DNA of 63,861 nucleotides, counting the filler, from Lenisia limosa (taxonomy: Eukaryota > Protista > Breviatea), in NCBI GenBank assembly GCA_001655205.1. It is 9 parts of 9 records of this genome, joined end to end, with 100 filler letters (N's around TTAATTAATTAA, not from the genome) between each part and the next. Parts side by side here need not be neighbours in the genome. Positions count along the whole stretch, not along the records: positions 36,195 to 56,890 come from LPNZ01008059.1; 8 more parts are not named here. One strand, written 5' to 3'. The notes under the pieces are model-generated. The model was not told the origin of the DNA and did no database searches. It saw only the letters and a list, made by a program, of their open reading frames with translations. The position numbers and the translations under genes were made by a program. Positions 39,801 to 52,014 of this stretch are shown here, in pieces. Positions within the stretch are counted from its first letter, which is position 1; each line of letters opens with the position of its first letter.

Positions 39801-40936
39801 CACCCTCTTCATCCTCGGTGACATGCCTCCTGCTACTGACCCGATTATTGATGGTGGGGGGGGGGTAACTTATTATAGTTGTATATGATATGCAATAGAG
39901 ATGAGAAATAAAAAAACAAGTGTATCTGACCAAAGCCGACCTCACCATCACGCTTAGAAGAGATATTGAATTATAGTATAATATTAATTCACCCAATCAT
40001 TGANNNNNNNNNNTAACTTATTATAGTTGTATATGATATGTAATAGAGATGAGAAATAAAAAACAAGTGTATCTGACCAAAGCCAACCTTACCATCACGC
40101 TTAGAAGAGATATTGAATTATAGTATAATATTAATTCACCCAATCATTGACTATAGATGGTGGATCATGGGGGATTAGTGGAAAATACCCGGGGTGTGCC
40201 AGGCAACAAGGTATTGGGTGGTTGACACGGATACGCTCTGATAGGTTAGCAATTACATGACCATTAAACAGGGATTCAAATGGGAAATTTGTCTTTAATA
40301 TCAGTTTAATTTTCATAGAATAGGCCTTTCTTGGAACGATGTATAATATATCATATGATATGCATATTATTAGACTTTGTTTTGATGATGAGTCTTATGT
40401 CTATTTCGGGAAAGGAGTNNNNNNNNNNTTATTCTTATTGTTGGTGATGACAGTCATGTAATAGTATTTGATATAAAGATGACAAAAAAAAGTTGTCTCA
40501 AGCCGAAGCCATCTGACTGAAGAAATATTGAAATATAATATTAATTTACACAATCATTTGCATCATTTGCAATCATGTTATAACAATTTAGATTGTATTG
40601 TGACAACTGTTTCAAAAATACAGCGTTTAGAGTAACATACATGTACGTGTACATGTAATACATATCATACCATATGACAACTTCTTACCCAATAGTGTTT
40701 ATGCATATTATTAGACTTTGTTTTGATGATGAGTCTTATGTCTATTTCGGGAAAGGAGTAAAAGAGGCAAAAGTGGCGTGAATCACAATTAATATGACGC
40801 GGAAAAAAGTATAGCGTACTTCGGAAAACCGAACCAACTTTCCATTTGAAACCCTGCTTTAAAATACATAATGAACGTAGTAGGTCTTGACCAGAAGAGA
40901 AATCTGATCCAGTCAACACATACCACGGTCATGGTG
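36881..40936 (+). CDS. Spliced hypothetical protein(s), fragmented by gaps
   Basis: GT-AG exons EPTSSVKPARKALVINCRLLMDVYQNSLFKETLMKL (~38340-38450), LLPFVLGPTESEIEFPFQCNGYPITLHEK (~39050-39140), QALVIFLDRPVGSGASMLDPALLKYTLFILGDMPPATDPIID (~39727-39852). Confidence 0.45.
39182..39271. mobile_element. Divergent MITE-A copy
   Basis: TA-GGGTTCCACTCCAGGCCAAAAAAGA...ACTGGAGTGAAGAAC-TA with the shared core. Confidence 0.65.
39379..39478. mobile_element. MITE-A reference copy: 96-bp palindromic element, TIR GGGCTTCACTTCGGTTCGAAAAAAGAC, flanked by TA
   Basis: TA-GGGCTTCACTTCGGTTCGAAAAAAGAC...GTCTTTTTTGAACCGAAGTGAAGCCC-TA. A TA target duplication is typical of Tc1/mariner-dependent MITEs. Confidence 0.92.
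39632..39734. mobile_element. MITE-A variant B copy (duplicated at 38685-38743)
   Basis: TA-GGGCTTCCCTACGGTCCCAAAAAAGACCG. The right end overlaps a putative exon start. Confidence 0.8.
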
Positions 40937-41700
40937 TACNNNNNNNNNNNNNNNNNNNNNNNNNNNNNNNNNNNNNNNNNNNNNNNNNNNNNNNNNNNNN
41001 NNNNNNNNNNNNNNNNNNNNNNNNNNNNNNNNNNNNNNNNNNNNNNNNNNNNNNNNNNNNNNNNNNNNNNNNNNNNNNNNNNNNNNNNNNNNNNNNNNNN
41101 NNNNNNNNNNNNACAACCCTTTCATAAAAATGAAGAACAATTAGTAATCCATAGTCACTTCCATGGTTATGAAAAGAACAATACGTAATAATATAACTTT
41201 TTGTCTCATTTTCACACGTATGAACTGTCATTGACAATTTATAAATAAAGAAAATAGTAATGACTCTCTCTGTGCAAGTATGATATTCCTCATTTCGAAA
41301 GTGCAAACAATGACAGGTTTTCTTCATATCTATCAAAGTGTGGTATCATGACTCAAGATTCTTCTTAATCTGAAGGTGTGTCATGATTGTTAATTGTTCT
41401 TTTCATGTCGATGGCAATTTAGCATGATAGCTTATAGTTCTTCCTTTCTATGAAAAGAAAGCATGTTGTCTCATATCCACCAGTGATATGAGCATATGAC
41501 CGACTTTCGAGTCGAAATGATGAACGAAGATAACACGAGGGTTAATTCTGAGTGTATCAGAGTATCATTGAGCCTTGTCGGTCAATTATCATATGAGTGA
41601 ATATGAGGGATCGTATCACTTCGTGGAAAATGATAGTAAACGCCTGTGAAAATTATGTTTTTGGGCAAAATGGATATTCCATAAAAGTATTTGAATTTAC

Positions 41701-41815
41701 AAGTCCACTTTTATGCAATATCCAATTTGTCCAAAAAGTCCACTTTTATGAAATATCCAATTTGTCCAAAAAGTCCACTTTTATGAAATATCCAATTTGT
41801 CCAAAAAGTCCACTT
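41701..41815. repeat. 35-bp tandem repeat, ~3.3 copies
   Basis: Unit AAGTCCACTTTTATGAAATATCCAATTTGTCCAAA. Confidence 0.95.
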
Positions 41816-43347
41816 AAATACCGAGATCCAACACAAACATTTACAACAGATCAATATAAGGCCTCGGATTATCTCTAGCATACTTTAAACACACTTACCT
41901 TTAACTTCATTATTGAATCTCCGCTTGTAGTGGTTTCATGGTTTTATCACCAATATTGGTTGGGTCGACGAACTGCTGGGCCACGGTTGATGTTTTTTTT
42001 GGCACATATGATGTATAAGGATGTTCACAGGCCTAACTGTATACTACGGTACTTAAGCGCCTGGGGAGATAATCTTCTCCATTTTTCATGCTTCTGTATT
42101 AAGACAAGAATACAATTGAGAGAGCTTTTGTGTCTGCTTCTTTTCGGAGATTAATGGCATCTTTCACGATTCGATCAATTTCTGAAAGGGAATAAGTTCT
42201 TCGCTGCAGCAACGGGATACATTTCCAACAAATCATAAAATGGAAGAATTGAGGAAATATAACAAGAACAGACCTGACTGGTCACAGTTTTTGATGAGCG
42301 TTGGTAGCTCTTTCACTTCATTCAAAAAAATGCAAACTTCTTGAAGTGGCAACGAGGTCGGGGTGATTGGGGTTCTAAATAAGGTCCAGGATTACATTAA
42401 AAGAAAGAACAGCGATAACCAAGAAAGCGATACCAATTTTGATATGGTGAGAGTTGATACTTGATATTATACAAAGCAGACATTTTAATTGCATCTTTGT
42501 TGATATTTGTATGATTATATACATGTAGCTATGTAATGTATCCCCTTGGGGCCCAAAGTCTCTGTAGGAGATCCTCGACTTTTTGGCTCTAACTTGACTC
42601 AATTTTGAAAAAAATACAAACAAAAAAATTTTTTCGTGACGAAAAGGCAGATCCTCTGACTAAAATTTATTATTTACGCTAATATTGAAATATGAATGGT
42701 TTATGGGTATTAACACCAAAAATATGGGTAAAAAAGACTAAAAAAGAATACCACCAAAAATGCTAACATCTCGTTTGACACTATTTATTATTTTGAAAAA
42801 AACTTGCCTATTTATGAAGTTTCTATTTGAACTTACTATATCGGGTAAGTAATTCTGAGTGCTTTAAAACTTCATTTTCTTTCATTTTAAACTTTTTTTA
42901 TTATTGGGGGGGAAGGTAAGTAACACATGTCCGTTACGTCAACCAGTTTTTGCCAAAATGCCACCTATTCATTCGAGTAAATTACCTAAAATTTTCAAAG
43001 AAGTCGAAAAAACTACTGCAGTACATGCTTCAAAGTTCCTTGTACAGAAGCCACCAACTTACTTCAGAAAATGCTCTTCAAAAGTTTCACTCGATGTTGA
43101 TGATGATTTCCGTGATGCTTTGATTAAGAATGTCGCTAAGCTCTGGGAGATTATGGCCGGGGATGTGGCAAGATCAGAGAAGAAGGATTTTTCAAATAGT
43201 GTATCTTTCAGCTTTCTTACGGTGCGAAAAGCTGTATAAGTTGTAAGTGTTGTTTGGATACGACAACTCTTAAATGAAGAGAACAAAGAGAAAAGAAAAA
43301 GAAGGGCAGTTTAAAAAGAGAGAATTCCTTTTTGAAAAACAATTTGA

Positions 43348-43428
43348 CCACTCTGGGGTTCGAACCCTCGACCTCGAGCACAAAAACCGTCTTAAACCGA
43401 TCTTTATCCCATTTGGCCACTAAAAAGG
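43348..43428 (-). pseudogene. tRNA-derived sequence (Leu-like pseudogene or SINE head)
   Basis: A-box TGGCCAAATGG, TTTAAGA loop, long variable region and B-box GGTTCGAACCC are present. The acceptor stem does not pair. Confidence 0.45.
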
Positions 43429-44513
43429 CGCGCAAAAAATGTTCTTTTACCCAGATATTTAGTTTTTCATGTTCTTATTACATTCTGATTGGATGGTTTC
43501 GTTGTGAAGTGTTTGTTGCTTTCGCTTTTTCTAACGCTATGTATTTTTTCATTTTGGTGCTGACTGGATGATGGATGGATTTGTTGATAGTGTTTTTTTA
43601 TAGCTTTCGATGTTTTTGATCAACTACGCTTTTTAAAGCACTGGTAAACCAAACACTACCCAGCCAGTCTGTGTATTTCAATTTATTCAAAATAAAATCA
43701 TCACAATCATCAGAAAAGTCTACACCCTTCTCATTTATAATAACTTGTCTAAATGCAGATACAGAAACCAAATAGAAGAAGTAAAAGGAAGTGAGCAAGG
43801 TTGTGATTTCTCTCTGCTGTTAATTTTATACATTTATTTAAACCGAGGTAGGAAAGGTCATGGAGGATAGAGATAAAAGACCTTTTAACCCGCGGAATAT
43901 TATGCCCCCACGTTAAGAAGAGAAACAGAAAGGAAGAGAGAGAAGACCCATTGAACTGTTGGAGACGACAACGGCGAAAGAAAGAAGGATTGGCGGATAA
44001 ATTATGCTTCATTAAAGAAAGAGTGAGTAGGTGTCTTTAACTCACATTACAAAAGTATATTATAAAATTAATTTGGCAAACTTTGGCACCATAAACAACT
44101 GCAATTAATAAAAAAGAGAAACTGAAATAAAGCAGAAGAATCATGATACTCATTTGTTGATCGAAATTGTGTACAGCACAGGTGCACCCAAGAAAAACAA
44201 CCTGAACAATTATCAACAGTGCGATACTATCATTGGTTTATTAATACACATCAATTATGTCTTTCGGTTTCAATATATATAACATGCCAATTTGCGATTT
44301 TACTGTTACATAATATATGCTGCTCCGCATAAACCTTGGGATTAATTAAATTTGGGTCTTTTTGCCTGTAAAACCGTGTATGAATTGCTTGATTTTATCT
44401 TTAATACTGTTAAAGTGATGAATTTTAACATAATTTACTAGTCAATATACAATGGTGGAGTTGAGGCCCCTCCTTTCAGCCAACAGAGTTGATTGTGGGC
44501 TTTNNNNNNNNNN

Positions 44514-46085
44514 CATGAAACCACCTTGATTACCGGGGCAACATCTGACGACGACTGTGTCTGTTCAAAGTGGGGTAAATGGAGGTTAATTTGGTATAAA
44601 TGGAGGTGTAATTGGGTATTTGGGCGTAGTTGTAATTTGGTTAATTGGGGTAATATACAATGGTGGAGTTGAGGCCCCTCCTTTCAGCCAACAGAGTTGA
44701 TTGTGGGCTTTCTTTTGTTTTTTTTTGTGTCATAAGTTTCCAATTTTACTCTCCTATGCACTGCTAGAACTTCCACACTATACCCTCTAACCAATGAAAC
44801 AACAAATACGACAGTTCATTTCGAGCATATCATCTACCCTGATAACCCCCCACCCGTCCACACCATCACGCTTATAGAGATATTGTATCATATTGTATCA
44901 TATTAATTCACACTATACCCTTGGTGAATTAATATTTTCAAATATTCCAATATCTCTTAGAAGCGTGATGGTGTGGACNNNNNNNNNNNNNNNNNNNNNN
45001 NNNNNNNNNNNNNNNNNNNNNNNNNNNNNNNNNNNNNNNNNNNNNNCAGAGACTACTATAGAGACAACCTGCTTTGTCAACCTTGCATGGATGGTGCGAT
45101 ATGCGACGGGGGTACACTTCTTGAAAATGGGTTTGTGGGGGGGGTGGCTTCCCTACGATCCCAAAAATACCGAATCACCCGATAAATCCTCGAATAATAT
45201 CGACAAAAACATAATACGTGTATAATCCCTCTCGGTAGAAGTCTGTTCATCATTCTTATGTTTCCCTAGATTTATTTCATCTGATATGCATATCATAATA
45301 CATATTTTCTTGCTTAGAGCTGTATTCCAATCCAGCCCCCCCACCCAACATACCCGTTTTCAAGCACCCCGCACCCCCACTATCATTATCAAGAGAATTA
45401 ACCCCACTTTAACACTATATAACCCCCCTTAAACATTATCACAAAAAAAGAACACTATCACGAATCTTTGAGGCTTCTCCACTCTTCCCCTGTACGATAC
45501 ACCACACTAGCAATACTCGACCTCCATAAAATNNNNNNNNNNCTATCACAAAAAAAGAACACTATCACGAATCTTTGATGCTTCTCCACTCTTCCCCTGT
45601 ACGATACACCACACTAGCAATACTCGACCTCCATAAAATATTGACCCATTTCCGCTAGTGATATGATATTGACGTAATTGACTTCTAAAAATGCATTGAT
45701 AAAAGAACGGGAAACAAAAATGACCTCAGTGACCCAAGAGAATGCTCTGCCCGAGAAGTGTATAACCTTCCCCAGAACCGCGGTTGAAACAGAGCCTTAC
45801 TCCAAACCAGGCTTTTTCCGAAGTAGTGATGAGGAATCAAGTAGGTGGAGGACGGGTGGGGGGTTATCGGGGTAGATGATATGCTCGAAATGAACTATCG
45901 TATTTGTTGTTTCACATAGAACCAACCACCTCCCCCCTCCCGCACCTTTCTTCCTTTTTTTCAATGGCACAATCCGTTTTAACCCCTCATCAGCCTTCCT
46001 TCCATGCATCTATCCGGAAGCGTGCACAGGTAATTCCCAGTGCACTGAAGGCTACATTGGCAATCTCTGTTCGGAGTGTGAAGAA
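44514..46085 (+). CDS. Cysteine-rich (EGF/GCC2-GCC3-like) surface or transmembrane protein, partial
   Basis: Exons 44514-44569 and 45050-45130 join in phase: ETTLITGATSDDDCVCSKDYYRDNLLCQPCMDGAICDGG. Exon 45994-46085 reads FLPCIYPEACTGNSQCTEGYIGNLCSECEE. Confidence 0.7.
44856..44978. mobile_element. Foldback element (123 bp); half copies at 37238-37291, 39944-40002, 40090-40145
   Basis: GTCCACACCATCACGCTT..GAGATATTG..ATTAATTCAC mirrored as GTGAATTAAT..CAATATCTC..AAGCGTGATGGTGTGGAC. Confidence 0.75.
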
Positions 46086-46102
46086 GTGGGTTGGGGAGTA
46101 AC

Positions 46103-46198
46103 TAGGGCTTCACCGGTTCGAAAAAGACTGAAATTCTCGATAAATCTTCGAAAATTATCGAGGTTGTACTGATTTTTTCGAACCAAAGTGATACCCTA
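46103..46198. mobile_element. MITE-A copy
   Basis: Both TIRs, TA flanks; 17 nt after a splice donor. Confidence 0.85.
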
Positions 46199-49100
46199 CT
46201 AATAACCCAGGGTTTCGCCATATGATATTGTGACACCCTTATTGAAATTTAATACCACAGGGCTACTTCAAGGTTGACGTAACTTGCTCGAAATGCTCTT
46301 CGGGAGCCAACTACCTTCTTTTGCTAATGATTATACTGACAGTTTTCTTCATTTTCTTCCTCTTCTTTAACAGGTTTGCCAAAGGGGTTTTAATAAAGAT
46401 GCCGTAGGTTACAACTAGCTGAGGGGGGGGGGNNNNNNNNNNNNNNNNNNNNNNNNNNNNNNNNNNNNNNNNNNNNNNNNNNNNNNNNNNNNNNNNNNNN
46501 NNNNNNNNNNNNNNNNNNNNNAGAGCCGGGGTACCGCTACCCCGGACTATTTTTGTATTATTATTATTTTTTTAATCCCTTTTTTTTATATATTATCACT
46601 TTGCTACAATAGTTATATTTCAAGGGCTGACAACGAAGGCAACTCAAATGTAAGTGGGATTCTAGTATTTTTAATAAAAGGGGGTCGAAATTAAAATTAT
46701 ATTTTCGCCCCCCTCCCTCTTTTCACCTTATTGAGGCTTTCGGGATTACGTAGAAATTTAGTACGTTCAAAATGAGTGAAATCGGAACAAAAAAGAATTT
46801 TTAACCTTTTTCTGAAAAAAAAATAATTATGAAAAATATTTTTACAATTTCTTCATTTTTTTGAATTTTCCAACAGGCCCTTCATTGTTTTTTTTTACAT
46901 TGGTGGGGGTATTGGCTGTATAGAAATTTAGGAGTAAAATCCGGATTTTTTTTTTAAAAAAAATAACCTTCTTTTCTCGATTTTGCTTGCATTTGACATT
47001 TCTTTTCTTCCATTCTGTTTCGGTATTTTACAGATTTAGGATGGGGCGCGGTCGAAAACCTGCCCCGAATTTCTACGATGTCGCTGACATGCATGTTGAG
47101 AAGAACGTCCGGGGAAATCACCTTACTGACACTGAAAAGCACCGATATTTGCTTAAAGCAGCCACCAATTTTATAAAATCTTCCTCTTGATTCGACATAT
47201 GAAATGTCCTCGTTTTAGGTATTTCCAACCCCAAGTGTGTTCATACCCACCACCCTTTCGTTGTCAAATAGAGGCCCACTGTCAAACTGCTGCTGAGTCT
47301 TCAAAATTAAATAAGAAATTCAAACAAAGTGGGGGTATTTGTAGGAAATAGTCGCTCACCAAATAATAATCAATACAAAATTGATTCTTTTCTAAAAGCT
47401 CTTGGGCATCTATCAAGATGTTTAATGTTGCAAGCACTGCGGAGTTGTGTGTCGGTCGAGCTATCACAATGGCAAGATACGGATTTGATGAAGAATTTGA
47501 AAAAGGTTTGAGTGATGGGTATTTTATTTGACAATAATTTCCAAAGCTTAATGTGTCTCATTTGTGTAGCGGAAGAAATTGGAAAAGAGGAACTGAATGA
47601 TTTTCAAACCATTTGGGCCCTATGTCTACCGACTTCTGGTAGCTGGCTTTACACTCATTTCCAAGAGACGTGACAAAGTAAGATCATTTCATTTTGTTGA
47701 CATTCCAGTATATTCAGTACTCATGCTGTCGGCGAATTTGAAGGATAAATTGAAACGTCGGACCCAAAAAGGCTCAAGCCAAAAAAAAAAGCCAAAGAAA
47801 AGCCAAAGAAAAGGGGGTTAAGTTCTCATTGTGTACATTTATTGATATATTATATATTTTTGAATTATTCTTGCAAGGAAATTCAGAGTTTAAATGAATT
47901 TTACGGAAACATGATTACAATACAGTTAATAGTATCCTTAGAGGGCAAAATAATCACCAGAAAGACAACAAAAAGGTTTAGTAAATAAAAAGAAGCAAAT
48001 TTTGAAAACATAAATTCATCCCAAGGTTTTTAATTAATCCCAAGGTTGATGCGGAGCAGCATATACATGATATATTATATAATTATATTAATGTTCTTTG
48101 GACAAGACCAAGAAACCTCCATATTCGCAGATCGTTGAAGGTTTGAGGTTTGAGTATCAAAAACTGTCTGAACATTTGCATATGATCAACTGTTTTTTAA
48201 AAATCATGAACATCCCAGAGGGCTGTGACGAATGAATATGAGCAATCATATACACGAGGGGAACGATTGAAATGTCATTTATTTCAGTAAATTTATTATA
48301 TTTGCCCAAAATCGTCTAAAAGCGGGGTTAAAGTTAAATGGACTTTTTTTTTTGGATTTTTCTCGATTTAAGCAATTCTAACAATTTTTCCAGAGCTTTA
48401 CATTTTTACTCTTTCAAAAAGACCGTTAAGAAGGGAAAAAGGGGGGATGTGGCAAGATCAGAGAAGAACGATTTTTCAAATAGTGCATCTTTCAGAGGAC
48501 ATATCCTGGAAAAGATGGAAGAGGGTCTGGAATAAATTTGTTGTTTAAAAAATATGTATTGAATCAAGACAAGGGAAACAAGATAATATACATTTAGGAC
48601 CAGGGCGTCTTGAAACGTGACGAAGGACCTCGCTCGTCCTCATTAGAAGGTGCAAGTGTCAGCTTTCTTTTTTGTAGCGGCGGAACACCATCATCGCCAC
48701 TCAAAACCGTAGCCAACTTAACAAAAACAAAATCCAACTGCAAAAGAAGAGAACGAGAAGAAGAATAAAATATGACCACGGGCAGAGTCAAACCGCGACG
48801 TAGTGTTTGGGATACCCAAGCAGTCACTAGGACCACTCATGTTTTCGCGATAACAGTAAAATATGAGAAGGAAGAAGTAGCCGTGAAGGAAGTTACACAG
48901 AATTAAGTAGCAGATGAGAGTAGTGAGGTGGTTGTGGAAAAGAATGAGGAATTAGGGAGGCTTTGGAGATTGGAATACTTGGTTACTGAGTTTGTTGTGT
49001 CAGTTAGTGATTGTATTCGTTAGATTATTTGTTTGTATATCTTTATGATGATTATATAGTACGGCTTCGACACTTCTGAAGGCAAGGATTTTGTTGAGCG

Positions 49101-49999
49101 CCGAGACCTGAGTGCAATCGCCGAGTCAAGGGAGTCTCTACCTTCTTAAATTTTAGTTACATCCTCCAGTTTTAGACTCCAGTTTTAGACAAACCGATTG
49201 GACGACTCTCAGGGCCGACTTGGTCATTCGACCTCACGGAAGCTTGGATTTTGGCTCATGAAAAAAATATCAGATATGTCAAGACGGCTAAGAGGTAAAA
49301 CTCAGAAAAAAACAAAAAAAAAATCCATACCAACCTCTACAGCCACAAAAGGTACATAGCATTATCCTCGAAGAGAGACCTAATCTGGACAGCTCTGGCG
49401 ATATCTGAGACTGGGTCACCTAGAAATACTCACAAACATGTATTAATTAGGATCCAAAAAAAAGTGCTTACCCTAAACGCTCTGCTCGAAGTAGACGATT
49501 ACATTTTCAAAATTTGCTTTGGCTTCTGATAAGATGAGAAAAATCTTTGATAAACCATAGACCAATGGGAAGCATCCATTTACACACTTGCATCTCGTTT
49601 TGGGACAAAAATGGTGCCGTTAAGAAACGCTGTTTTATTACTTGGGAAACACAAATAAAAAATGAATCAAAAATTACACCGGCACGAGTTCTGGGCTGTG
49701 TCAATTATTTGCCTTTTTTTAGGGAACTTTCTTGGAGCTTCAACGGTGCCAATCGGACTTTCATTAAGTGTTAGTAACTACGCAACAGCAACAGTTCTTC
49801 CCCTCCTCAAACAGCCATTTTTGGCCATTTTGCCCTCGATTAGGCCGCATTCTCGCCCAAATAGATGGGATTTTAAAAAACATTCCATATCAAGACGCAG
49901 TTGGGAAATTTTTCCAGGAGTTTTTTTTCTTTTTCCAAAACTGCAACTACTGTAGCGACTTTTTGCCAAAACTCTCCAGGTAACTGAACCACCTTTATT

Positions 50000-50936
50000 G
50001 ATACTACTTACCAGTTGGGAAAAAAAAATATATACCATAAGATATTGTCAATATTTTCCCCAATTTTGGAGGTGGTTTAGAAAAAAACAAAACATTAAGA
50101 ATTGCCCGAAAAATATATATTATTCAATTCCCCCAATTTTGGGGGAGATTCATCAACCTTGTTCAATACTCTGCAACTTTTTTTTATTGCCTCCCCCATT
50201 ACTTGTACATTGGATAACCATGAGATTTGGAAAATGGTCATGTACCTTCTTGCATCCACAACCAATAAAAGGAATTCCATCATCATACTCAATTCTTCTT
50301 GGGGCTTATTAACGACAAACTGTTTACAAGATTTAATGAGGCCAATTATTGCAAACATTTCTTCTTTAGACATGTTCCAATCAGAAATTGGCTTAATACG
50401 TTTCTTAAACTTTCGAGCTTGCTTACAAAAACAAAAAAACAAATATCTTCCTTGAGGGTTGTCACGTACTTTATGGTGGTGTACGCCTTTTTATTCAATA
50501 ATATTTTCCAAATTGGGTTTGTTATTGAACCAAAGTTGTACTTCAAAGAGTGCTTATTATTCAAAACTATAAAAACATTTCTTAACAGAAGCTGTAACGC
50601 TTGTGGAATAAATTCCTGTTGAAATCCTTCCGTTTTACCAAAATAGAGCGCAAGATCTTCAGCCTTTATAAATATGGAAGCAAAAAACAATTGACCCAGG
50701 AACTTCTGTTATAATAATATCATCAGTAATTTCCCATATAAGAACGGCATACTACAATTAGAAAATCGCATGACCTGCTCACTTTGAAGTAATGACTGAT
50801 ATGTTGCGACTTCAGACGCCAGTTCAACACTATCAAAATACCATTCTGTTATCACTTCAGAAAAAAACCTTCCTTTATCATTGAGTAGGAAGATACAGTA
50901 AATAATTTTCGACCCTTCTTTAACTGAAGAAAACAT
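50000..50936 (-). pseudogene. AT-rich frameshifted ORF chain (50709-50936, 50346-50690, 50095-50442), unknown product
   Basis: Overlapping same-strand ORFs with helical, protein-like composition. No recognisable domain. Confidence 0.3.
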
Positions 50937-52014
50937 GGCTCATTTCCTTTCATCCTTCTTCCACCTATATCCTCCTATCCATCCTCCCCCCAAGGGCCGG
51001 AAATAGATGGGATCTAGGGATCAGGTTATGGTGGTCAGGGATCTGGGATCTGGTTAGGGATCTGGTCTTCCCGGATCCGTCGTCACGATTTGGTTGACCC
51101 CCAAACCGCCGCCCCCCTCCGGAAAGTGTTCCCAGCAGCTTGGCTGGCGTTTTGGCGGAGGTTTTTGGCAAACATGGTCTCTTCCCCAAATTAAGAAGGC
51201 ACATCCCACTCCCTGAGCGCTGTTCTCCCCTTTCCCAGCTGCTAGGGCACCTAATGAAGCCTGGCAGTACAGCCCGCGCCATACCCACCCCACTACGTTC
51301 TTCCACACCTCCCCCCCCACCCTGACCCCACCACCTCCCAACAACAGATCACCAGGCTGATCGGCTTTTACCCCGTTCTCCTGTTCATGATTCCGCTATG
51401 TTTCTCGTCGCAATCTTCTTGTTTTCATTTTTTCCTTATTTACCCCTTTCTAGGGCAAAGCCAACCATTATGAGGTCAGTTGTGGGAAAGGAGAGTAAGT
51501 TGACAACCGCCGTGCCATTTTATGGAGAAATGTTCTTATTCTATCAATAATGGCGTCTGACACATTTTTGGGTGATCATCTGCAATATATCAGAAAATAG
51601 TATATATCATATATATATAGCTAGATGAAACACTACTACTATAAGCCTAAAAAGCCATGGGGGAGGGGTCAACAGCATAGTTGTTTGTATATGCTTGGAA
51701 TGCAACAAGAGGGCAGAGTGTCAAGCATAACAATATTCACAACATTCCTCTTCAAACAATTGGTTTATTAACATATCATAAAATACTAGTATAGTTCCAA
51801 AGTATACATACATACACTATGTTATATGATATGTATGTGTGTTATTTAATCTACATCATACTATATCATATATTATATAATACATGTTATATACTTTTCC
51901 ATAAGGGTTGGGCTAATGCTAGGTATTCACTTGTTATACATATCATATTGAGTATTGGTCAATCCGAAAATTAGGTATTATAAACTCTGGATGCAAAGAC
52001 AAGGATTAAATACC

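Noticed and set aside
41935-42080. SH2-like WFHGFIT...ILRY on the + strand
   Set aside because: The - strand has competing exons with a strong donor (AAG|GTAAGT). I could not resolve the strand, and the motif match is short.
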